A DNA stretch of 64,000 bases from an uncultured Candidatus Peribacteria bacterium (GTDB lineage Bacteria > Patescibacteriota > Gracilibacteria > Absconditabacterales > Absconditicoccaceae), in NCBI GenBank assembly GCA_964458335.1, contig CAYWIJ010000002.1:26379-90378 (forward strand), in the 5' to 3' direction. Numbering within the stretch: the stretch's first letter is position 1; each line of letters begins with the position of its first letter. The notes below the pieces were generated by a model. That model had not been told where the DNA came from, did no database searches, and saw nothing but the letters and a program-made list of their open reading frames with translations. The position numbers and the translations under genes were made by a program. This document shows, in pieces, positions 34,456-47,008 of this stretch.

Positions 34456-35764
34456 TATGACTTAATGTATTAAATAAATTTTCCATAGTAACTTGTATTT
34501 GATCTCAATTTTTAAGATCTTTTAGGTACATATCAGTTCCATTATTTAATATAAGAAAATTATTTATACCTCTTTTTTCTGAAAATTTAAATTGATTTCA
34601 TATTTTCTTATTAAAATTAGGTATTATTTCACACGATATAAAATTATTTCTTAAGATATTTGCAATATTATTTGCTGTATTTCTTTGACTTTCACTATAT
34701 CATCAAATCATTAATTGTGTATTGAATAAGTTTTCTGTATTAATTTGTTGTAAATGATTTAATAATCAAAATAATCTTGTAAGTCATAAAGAGAATCAAA
34801 CACCTGGTAGTCTTTTTCAACTTATCATATTTGTTAAATTATCATATCTACCTCATCAACATATACTTATATTTCATAGTGTTTTTAATTTTCATTCAAA
34901 TATAGTTCCTGTATAATATCATAATCAACGCACCATATTAATTTTAAATTTGATGCAATGTGAGATATCGTTACTAACATTAGACATAATTTCTTGAATT
35001 TCGTTTATTGCATTATTAATTGTGATGTCGCCTTGATATATCTCAAATATTTTAGATAAAGATTGAGAATCGAAATCTATATCTCAATTATTAATAAATA
35101 AGTCAATTACTGAAGTTGGTATGTTAATTCTTTCTAATTCTTGTCTACATTGTTCACTTCATATTTTATCTAGTTTGTCTACTATATTAAGAAATAATTG
35201 CTTACTAGAACCATCTATATGATAAAAATTACATATTCAATCTATTAATTTGCGATTATTTATATATATATAAAATTGATCTGGGATTATTGTGTTTAGC
35301 GCTTTAACTCACATTTCTAATACTTCAGCATCATAATGTAATGGTAATGTTTCAATACCTATTACGTCAATATCGGTTTGTAAAAATTCTCTATATCTTC
35401 ACATTTGAGGTCTTTCTCATCTTCGACATTTTTGTATTTGATAGCGTTTAAATGGAAATGTTAAATTATGAAAATTATCAACTGTATATCTTGCAAATGG
35501 TACAGTTAAATCAAAATGTAAACCTAATTTAGGTTTTTTATGTTCATTTTCTTCAGAAGAAATATCATTGTACCTTCCAACACCATAAATTTCTTTATCG
35601 TCAGATCATTTAGTTAATAGAGTATCTAATGATTCTACTGAAGCTGTTTCAATAGGTATATATCAATAGAGCTTATATATGTTTTTTACTTTATCTATCC
35701 AAGATTCCATCAATAATTGTTCTTTAGGTAGTAACTCGGGAAATCAATTAATTGGAGAATTCAT
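34445..35764 (-). CDS. hisS: histidine--tRNA ligase (complete)
   Basis: [44 protein letters not shown] (motif 2), [20 protein letters not shown] and GVGFSLGLTRL, plus an anticodon-binding-like C-terminal domain. 439 aa with about 25 in-frame TGA. The frame was hand-scanned. Confidence 0.85.
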
Positions 35765-35834
35765 GATGTGAATAAAATGATATAAATTAACTATATTAAT
35801 AATTATATTATATATATATGTCAATAGAATTTAT

Positions 35835-36653
35835 CTATCAAATAATCTGTGTGTCTATATTATTCTGATAAAAAGGAATATATTCTTTAAAGAATTCTAT
35901 TAAAAATTTATTAATTTTTTTCTTATTATTAATAGGGTCATATTCCCAATCTAATACTTGTCTCATTTGTACTTTGAATTGAGGATATAGAGAAATAAAT
36001 TCTTTGTAACATATTTTAACGTCTGGTGTATAAATAGTTTTATGAAGCATAACTATTCATAAAGCAGATCTTAATATAGTTCTCATAATCCATCTACATA
36101 AAAATTCATTCTTTTTTCTTTCTCATAGGTAGTAAAATACTTTATTATCATTATATAAATAGGATCTTAATTCTTGTAGATAAGCTGGTAAATTTTGATA
36201 TAAATATAAAAATAGTTCTTTTCATACTTTATAATTTTGCAGACCGCAACATATATCCTGTCAATATAATAGTGCAGATTGAGCTAATAAATTTATTCTT
36301 AAAAGATTATATTGAATTGAATATAATACTTCATCTAATGATACTATTCATAAGTCATAAAAAGATATGTTGGGATCTATTAATGATAATTCTCTAGTTG
36401 TTTTTTTTATCCAACATACATCTTCATAAGAAACACTATTATTTATGATACATACAAAATCAATGTCTGAAAATCAATATTTTGCTGTTCATACGCTTAC
36501 ACTACCTCTGAGATATATTGAAATTATTCTATTTTTAAAATATTTTTTCATCTGAATTATTGTAAAATCAATAATCTGATGATATTCTTTTGCTATTTTA
36601 TTGATATTTCAAGTGTTTTGAATATATCAATGATAGTCAATTTGTATACTCAT
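35835..36653 (-). CDS. AadA/ANT-like nucleotidyltransferase (Pol-beta superfamily)
   Basis: IYLRGSVSVGTAKYGFSDIDFVCI matches the GS-x(9-10)-SD[IL]D motif of adenylyltransferases. The helical C-terminal domain resembles the AadA C-terminal region. 272 aa. Extends track ORF 35838..36050 upstream through TGAs. Confidence 0.8.
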
Positions 36654-36672
36654 GATAATTATATGATGAAAA

Positions 36673-37932
36673 TTAAATATTTTCTTTATCAAGATTAATG
36701 TGATTATATGGTCATTCTAGTTCTTGTGGTATATGATGATCAGCAATTAGTATAGTACAATGAGATTTATTATGATATTGATTGATGATATTAATAATAT
36801 TGTGTTTTGATACATCATCTAATCATGTAAATGGTTCATCTATTATCAAGAGTTCAGGCTCTTTATTTATGACTGATAGTGTTACTAATAGCTGCTTTTG
36901 TCCTCTACTTAAGAAAAAAGGATGCAAGTCTTTATATTTTAGTAATCAAATAAGCTCTAATTGCTTAATAATATCATCTGTTACTCATATAGTATCTTTT
37001 CAAAATTGAATTTCTCTCAGTACACTTCTTTCAAAAAGTTGTTTTTCAGGTTCTTGTAATATAAATCAATAGCTTTTAAATTTTTTTTTTATATGTCCTG
37101 ATATTGGTTTATGTTTTCATCTTATTAACTGAAGTATTGTAGATTTTCATATTCAATTACCTCCTGTGATTATATTGATTGATCATTTTTTTATATTAAA
37201 GTTGATATTTTGAAGTATTGGTATTTTATTAGAATAATGAAAATTTATATTAGATATTTCAATAATATTACCTCATTTTAGATCACTTTTGTCACTTGAT
37301 TGTAAGACAGATCTTTCTATTATTTTTAAAGATTTATTTGTTTTTAGATTAATATATTGATTAAATATTTCTAATAATTCTTTTTCATGAGTAGCAATAA
37401 ATACTATTTTATTATGTAATGATGTGGTTATATAATTCTTAAGAATATTGATATTATAAAAATCTAAGTTTGCAGTAGGTTCATCTAATAAAAGGATAGG
37501 ATTATCAGAAGATAATATAGAAATTAGGCTAATGATTTTTCTTTCACCAGAAGACAAATCTTTGATTAAAGAATTTTTTTTATTTTTTATTTTAAATAAT
37601 TTAAGGAGGTAATTAGCTGTTTCTTTTTCTTTATTATTAAGATAAAAAAATATTTCATGATAAACTGTATTAAAAAGAAACTGATTTTCAGGATCTTGAA
37701 AACTCATTTTAATGATATTATCTTCTGTAGTATTATGAGATATAATATAATCTCATTGAAAAATATTATCTATTTTTAATCAAGAAATTAGTCTAAGGAA
37801 TGTTGATTTCCCAGATCAAGTATCTCATAATATCCCAATGATATCTCATTTTTGAAATTCTTGAATAATGTCTTGGAAGAGAATTTCTCAAGTGTCTTTA
37901 TTGAATAAACTCTTTATATTAATAGTAAACAT
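36673..37932 (-). CDS. fused tandem ABC ATPase (ECF EcfA-EcfA' type)
   Basis: Two nucleotide-binding domains. The first has GDTGSGKST / LSSGERK / LLLDEPT. The second has GGNGIGKST / LSRGQKQ / LIIDEPF. 419 aa. Extends track ORF 37273..37707. Confidence 0.85.
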
Positions 37933-38595
37933 TTATTTTTTAATATTTAGATGAAAACTATCATTTAATGTTTGTATCCTTTTAATATGAGAAAGAAAAA
38001 TATTTCCTCAAATATAGTAAATTTTTTTTATTTTCTTTCATATAGAGTTGCTTTTATATTGACGTGATTCCAAAGCAGTAAGAGTAGTATCAACATCTCT
38101 CATAATATAGTTAAATGTATTTAGTGCTATAGTAATAGTAAGAATAATATTTTTTGGTAATTTTATATATATAAGAAAATTCATTAATTCATCTTCAGAT
38201 ATTATAGATATATATAATATTCATGAGAATAATATACTTAATGTTTTTAATATTACTATTATTACTTTATGAATTGTATTAGAAGAAATAAAGCTTCATC
38301 GAGGTCGTTCTAATAAAATTCTTCCTTCTACTTGACTAAATAATATTCGAAATAAGGAACATGTAATAATGAAAATTCATATTCGTCTAAAATATTGTCC
38401 ATATATTCTAAAAAATCAAATGAAGTATAATATAATAAATGCTAATAAGAGTGTGACAAGATAAAAATATATATTATTATAAAATATTAATAATAATCAA
38501 ACAAAATGAAAGAAGAATACTTTAATAATAAATGGTATTGTAAATCGTATAGAGTTATCCTTTAAAGATACAGTGAAAGTACTTTTATAAGCCAT
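37933..38595 (-). CDS. ECF transporter transmembrane (T, CbiQ/EcfT-like) component
   Basis: 220 aa with 5-6 hydrophobic segments and a C-terminal coupling-helix-like TALESRQY motif. Its stop abuts the ATPase start (TAAATG, same frame). Confidence 0.7.
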
Positions 38596-39186
38596 TTATT
38601 TATTATGTATAAATGGTAATTTATTTACAACAGGAGATAGAAATTTCAATAAAGGTATGCCAATGATTATTCATACAATTAATCATCATCAAATCCATCA
38701 ATAAATTGCAGGTTTTATAGCTTCTGATGGTATTAGTCCAGCTTTATTTAGAATAATTATAGTTCGAATTGAAGAAATAATATTAGCCATTATAACTAAT
38801 GTGATATATCCAATATAATATTTTATCTTACTAAATGATGAATTTAAATTCATGTATTTAAATCATAGAAGAATTATAACTCCTCAGAAAGTATTTCATA
38901 AAGCTCCTAGTGGAACGAAAGCATGAAATCAAGTAAATAGCGCCGCTATAATTAATCCTAAATATATTGCAAGAATTCATTTCCATTTAAACCATATTGC
39001 GAATGCATAGAAAAATGCAGATCATATATATAGAATTGAAATATTGAATATACCAAGTGGGAATCCAATTACTCAAATAATATCCAATGCAGCGACTATT
39101 CAAGATAATATTCCGATAATAATAAAGTTGTATATATAGAGATTGTTCTTTTCTGTAGATGATGCAATGATTTTATTCATGATCAT
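38596..39186 (-). CDS. ECF substrate-capture (S)-like membrane protein
   Basis: About 195 aa with about six hydrophobic segments. Sits first in the operon, and its stop abuts the T-component start (TAAATG). The start is ATG 39186 or 39180. Substrate unknown. Confidence 0.6.
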
Positions 39187-39213
39187 GATATAATAAAATA
39201 TATAAAATAGTGT

Positions 39214-39242
39214 ATTATATAAAATGTATATAAAGATGTCAA
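39214..39242 (-). promoter_or_regulatory. consensus sigma70-type promoter of the ECF/aaRS operon
   Basis: The minus strand reads TTGACA (plus 39237-39242), 17 nt, then TATAAT (plus 39214-39219). This lies about 25 nt upstream of the first ATG and immediately downstream of the leuS stop. Confidence 0.6.
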
Positions 39243-39245
39243 TAC

Positions 39246-41711
39246 TTAATTATTAATTATATTCATAATCTTATCGGCTACAAAAATCACTTTCTTCGTC
39301 GTACCAGTAAGATATTTTGAGATAGTTTCATCAGCATGGACGAGAGCGAGAAGTTCTTGTTCTGAGATACCAGCTGGGACGGCAAGAGTTCCTCTCATTT
39401 TACCGTTGATTTGAATAGGGAAATTGATGGCTTTCAGTGTAATTTTACTTTCATCTGCTACAGGCCAGGATGAGAAGGCGATATCATCCGTGTGTCCTGT
39501 TTTCTCCCATAAGAATTGTGCAGTAGCAGGAGCGAAAGGTGCGAGAAGTTGTGCAATATATCACAGAGATTCTGCATCAACTGCTTGGTTGTCATAGATG
39601 GTATTGATCGCGATCATAATCTTACTGATAGCAGTATTGAATTTATATTGTTCTACATCTTCAGAGACTTTCTGGATCGTCTCATGAATAGTAGCGATGA
39701 CGTCTTCGTTGACTGACCCGAATCGTGTCTGATCCGTGATTTTGTACACTCTATCTAAAAATTTCTTTGTACCATTGAGAGCTCCGTCATTTCGGATTTT
39801 GTCCAATTCAATCGGTCCCATAAACATGAGATAGGTTCTCACGGCATCAGTTCCATAGGTATCAATAATCTCGAGAGGATCAACCCCGTTATTATATCTC
39901 TTTCCCATTTTACGACCATCAGCTCCGAAGACCATCCCTTGATGAATAAGTTTCGGAAATGGCTCTGGAGTATCTACATATCACTGATCATAGAGAAATT
40001 TGTGGATGAAACGAGAGTAGAGGAGATGGCCAACCGTATGTTCTTTCCCTCCAGTATACAAATCTACGGGAAGTACTTTTTTAGCAAGTTCTTTGCGAAT
40101 GAGTTCTTTGTCATTGTGGGCATCAGGAAATCTGAGAAAGTAGAACGAACTATCCATAAAAGTATCGAGTGTGTCACATTCTCTGAGGTATGGACCTCCC
40201 CCCTGTCCCCCCTCCTGTCAGAGAGGGGTATAATATTTGAATGTAGGATGATCTTCGAGTGGAGATTTTCCCTTAGGTTTGAAGTCAGTCACATCGAGAG
40301 GTAAAATAACAGGAAGTTCTGACTCTGGTATGAGTTGTGGATTGTTGGCTTCATCATAATATACTGGAATTGGGCTTCCTCGATATCTTTGGCGAGAGAC
40401 CGACCAATCGCGGAGACGATAAGTAATCTTTTTGCGACCTACTCAGAGTTCTTCAAGATAAGTAGTAATACTTTTTTGTCCATCTTGGATAGATAATCCA
40501 TCAAATTTATCCGAATTTACTAGAGTATGTAATTCATTCATTGCAGGATTTCATTTTGATGTTAATACTGTTGGTAATGAATCTCGTTTGTATATATTTA
40601 TATCAAAATCATCAGTCAACCATCATATTTTTTCTCAATCTGGTATAATATGAACTCAAATATTAATAACTCTTTTAGGAACTATTATACCTTCTTTATT
40701 TTGATTTGATTTCCAAAATAAGAAATCTCTCTCGTCGTGAGCTGGTACCATCATCACTGCTCCTGAGCCATAATCCATCAGTACATAGTCTGCAAACCAT
40801 ACGGGTATTGAATCTCCTGTGAGAGGATGGATGGCATACAATCCAGAAAATACTCCCGTCTTGTCAGCTACGTCTTGTTGTCTCTGGACTGCCGTCTTTG
40901 CTAAGGCTGTATTTCTATATGATTGTACTTGTGCTTTTTTATCTTCCGTAAGGAGATCGTCAATCAATGTATTTTCTGGAGCGAGAACAACAGCTGTGAC
41001 TCCATACAAAGTATCTGGACGAGTTGTGAATACGGTCAGAAGAATATCACTATTGGTAATGTTGAAATCTATTTCAGCTCATTCCGATCTTCCAATCCAA
41101 TTTTTTTGCATAATTTTGGTCTCTTCTGGTCGATCTAGAGCATCCAAATCTTCAATAAGTCTATCAGCATAATCTGTGATTTTTATAAACCATTGCATAT
41201 GTTTTTTTTGTACGATTTCGGCTTTGCATCTCTCACATTTCCCATCGACAACCTGATCATTAGCAAGAACCGTCTGATCGACAGGACATCGATTTACAAA
41301 TTTCTCATCACGATAGACGAGTCCTGCTTCCATGAGTTTGCTGAAAATCCATTGCGTCCACTTATAATAATCTGGCATACTGGTATCGATAATTCTATCA
41401 TAATCGAAAGAAATATCGAGTGCTTTCACCTGATCCAGAAACATCGTTTTGTTGATATCCGTGACTTCACGAGCTCCTTTGTGTTGTTGGAGAGCATAGT
41501 TTTCGGTTGGTAATCCAAAAGCATCAAATCCAAAGGGATTGAATACCGTATATCCTTGCATTCTCTTCACTCTTGCTACGACATCATTGATCGTGAAGAC
41601 GGAAGCGTGGCCAGCATGCAGACCTACACCTGAAGGATAGGGGAACATGGTCAAGGCATAGAAAATCTTGTCAGCTGGAGCATCGATTAAATTCGGAGAA
41701 AAGTTAGTCAT
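39246..41711 (-). CDS. leuS: leucine--tRNA ligase
   Basis: [14 protein letters not shown] (HIGH region), [27 protein letters not shown] and [13 protein letters not shown] (KMSKS-like). 821 aa. Three track ORFs and the gaps between them were hand-scanned. Stop is TAA 39246-39248. Confidence 0.95.
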
Positions 41712-41794
41712 AGTTAAGAAGTTTACAGTTATCAGTTAAAAGTTGATTGTTACTCTATGAGGATAAAGGTCCAGTTAATAATTATATCATTGAT

Positions 41795-41826
41795 TACTGG
41801 ATTCTTCACTTCGTTCAGAATGACAG
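41795..41826. repeat. 32-nt half-element of the gaatgac palindrome family (upstream of leuS)
   Basis: ttactggattcttcacttcgttcagaatgaca is 31/32 identical to 61430-61461. Confidence 0.6.
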
Positions 41827-42049
41827 GAGTAAAATATGAGAATCCATAGAGTAATGAAGAGCTAATTATTTTTACTGATATTGTAATAAACTTCAAGATG
41901 AAGAAAGAAAAAGGATCAATTTATATCTATAATATCACAATTTTTGTTAAAGATAAGAGAATAAACTCTTCAAAAGATACAAAAAACTTCATAAATTGAT
42001 GAAAATAGCTATACTAAGATAGTAATATTTTTATTTATAGTACAATAGT

Positions 42050-44665
<2,616 letters not shown>

Positions 44666-44693
44666 TAGCTTATTATTCTCTTTTTCTATCTAA

Positions 44694-45074
44694 TTATACG
44701 ATCTTACACGGGATGACAGCATCTTCATCATAGCTATAGACAGCACAGAGTCTATGATAGCCATCAGCAATAATAAGAGCTTGATAATCTATACTCCTTA
44801 CTAACAGAAGTGGTGATAACGATTTTCCTGATTCAATTTTATGTAGATCTTTTTTGACATGAAAATTGCTTGTTCCTAAGAGAGAAAGTCTCGATGCTCT
44901 AAAAATATCTTTTGCTTTAAAATAAGTGAGTGTTGTTGATTGTAATGTCTGTATAAATGATTGAGATTGCTCTGGTGTGAAATGGAGTTGAAGATATTCA
45001 TATGCTGCAGGATAATTATGATCTTCTGGTTCGTCTAGCCATTGAATAATAGTTTTGGTTTGTGTCATAATCAT
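44694..45074 (-). CDS. ParB/sulfiredoxin-like domain protein (putative)
   Basis: LIIADGYHRLCAV resembles the DGxHR motif of ParB-like nuclease domains. 126 aa with no TGA. Confidence 0.5.
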   Translation of the reverse strand: MIMTQTKTIIQWLDEPEDHNYPAAYEYLQLHFTPEQSQSFIQTLQSTTLTYFKAKDIFRASRLSLLGTSNFHVKKDLHKIESGKSLSPLLLVRSIDYQALIIADGYHRLCAVYSYDEDAVIPCKIV

Positions 45075-45166
45075 AATAGAAGAGAGATAAAATGATAGAA
45101 TATCTTATAAAAATGGATAATATTGTTTGAGAAATGGATTTGAAAGTATAAGGGAAGTGAGAATTA

Positions 45167-45496
45167 TTATCTATACTCTTTCCCTATGTTTTCTATCTGT
45201 ATTTGTACTTGTTTATCAGTTCCTTGTTCAACGATAATAAAAAGTTCCTGAGCAGTCGATCATTTACAGATTTTATACTTCAGTCCTGTAGAAGTAGGAT
45301 ATGAGAAATTGATCCTCAACTCAGATCTTCCACTCTGTTCACGCACAATGCGTCAGGGTATGATTCTTTGTATTTGAGAAATTTTTTCAATCTCAGTTAA
45401 GAATTTATGAAATTCTTTGAGAATGTGGTGTTCTGTTTTAGTTTTTTTGAACAAGATTCGGGAGTAAAAGAGGTATAAAAAGGTAAAAAGTAACAT
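45167..45496 (-). CDS. small hypothetical protein
   Basis: 109 aa with 2 in-frame TGA. The N-terminal MLLFTFLYLFYS is encoded by an intergenic-repeat-family sequence, so the start is doubtful. Confidence 0.45.
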
Positions 45497-45526
45497 GAGT
45501 AAAAGGCGTAAAATATTTGCTACTTT

Positions 45527-46894
45527 TTATACTTCTGCTACTTGTTTCTTTTCTTCTAGCATATCTTCCAGCGCTTTATAATTTATTTTACCGATACTGA
45601 TCATTGGAATATTATTGATAGTAATAACTTTAGAAATATTATGAAGTTGTGATAAACCATTATTAAAAATATAAGTATTGACGGCTATTGTATCCAAATT
45701 TTGAGTGGTAAAAAAATAAATATGTTCATCTTTTCCTATACACACTCCTTCAAATTCTTGATTGAGTTGAAGTTGCATATATTCAAGATTTATCATCTCC
45801 GATCATTTTTTGATAATTCTTTTCATTCTTCAGAGAATAGTAATATGTCCATCAGTATTAGCATAGACATAATCTTGAGTATTGAAATACACTTTCCCAT
45901 TTATTTCTACTGTTTCTAATGGTTCGTCATAATAAGAACCTACTGTAGATTCAATATTTATAAGCAGAATTCCTTTCCCATATTCGCTTATTTGACCTTC
46001 TTGATCCATGATTCTATAATGAATATGAGACAGTATTTTCCCATCGCTTTGGGTATTGTGGTTATTGTCATTGGTGGGTAAGAGTGAAACGATCGGAAAA
46101 CATTCAGTCAAACCATATCATTTTTGATATTTGGTATAAGGAAGTATTTTATAAAATTTTTTGATAAGAGCATCACTTGAAAAATCTCCTCAGACGACAA
46201 CAGATTCTAAAGTTTGTAAGTGTTCAGGATGAGCATTATCTAACAGTAAATTAAGAAAATAAGGCGTGATAGTGATATGTTGGATTCCATACTCTCGAAT
46301 AGTAGAACTAAGTGTTATGGGATCTTGTATCCTATAGTCAAAATAAAATTCTATATTCGTAGAAGTATATCCGAGACGTTGAAGAAGTGGGAAGATAAGA
46401 CCAGTATTAAGACCATAACTATGAAAATAAGGAAGGCTACAAAGCATTCTATGATATGGTTGTGGTTCAGCATATTCTATCCATCATTCAATATTTTTTT
46501 TCAAGGCAGAAAGTTTCATCTCTATAAGTTTAGGATATCCTGTAGATCATGAAGTAAACAGATAGACTGATTTATTCAGAAAATTATTTTTGTATTTTTT
46601 TATACTCAGGAATAGATATCATAAAAAACTATACCAAAGATAGTAGAATTTACCATATATACTATCTAATCTGAGAATATGATATTTCTTTTTTTCAAAA
46701 CGTATTCATAATTGTTTCTCAAGTTGATGACTGGAAAAAATAACATGCGTATCAAATGATTTGAGTTGTTCATCAATATATTTTTGTCCTAAAGAATAAT
46801 TAATAAAACAAATATCATTATTTTGGGTAAAATAATAGAAAAAGTATTGAGTATAGTTGTTATGAGGAAAGAGTATGGCGATATTCGCGTGCAT
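45527..46894 (-). CDS. adenylate-forming enzyme (ANL superfamily, AMP-dependent ligase, short form)
   Basis: LFTSGSTGYPK (G = TGA), GYGLTE and TQDYVYANTDGHITILGRMKRIIK. Four track ORFs in one frame are joined by TGA. 455 aa. Confidence 0.8.
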
Positions 46895-47008
46895 TATTTA
46901 GGAAGTGAGAAATTTTAAATGATAGATTTTAGATGAGTTATTGGTTGCTAGCTGTTAGGGAATTGCGGATTACGAATAATTTTTTCATTTTAAATTCTTC
47001 ATTCTCAA

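Larger units (their letters stand above)
31230..39245. other. AT-rich, TGA-saturated genomic island (putative accessory locus)
   Basis: Hand-counted 60-nt lines give about 18-30 % G+C, against about 35 % in gyrA. The standard-code track is nearly empty here. TGA is the majority Gly codon. Bounded by S66 copy 1 and the leuS stop. Confidence 0.6.

Noticed and set aside
31017-35838. A 4.8-kb stretch with no ORF in the supplied track could be taken as non-coding AT-rich spacer, a prophage remnant or an rRNA-like region.
   Set aside because: Codon-by-codon scanning under code 25 gives four long uninterrupted frames with clear S66, NDK-like and HisRS motifs.
38755-38780. gttcgaatt, a T-loop-like string, as a possible tRNA. 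I also made a general tRNA search.
   Set aside because: There is no flanking acceptor or T-stem complementarity, and the string lies inside the ECF-S coding frame. I found no convincing tRNA anywhere in the window.
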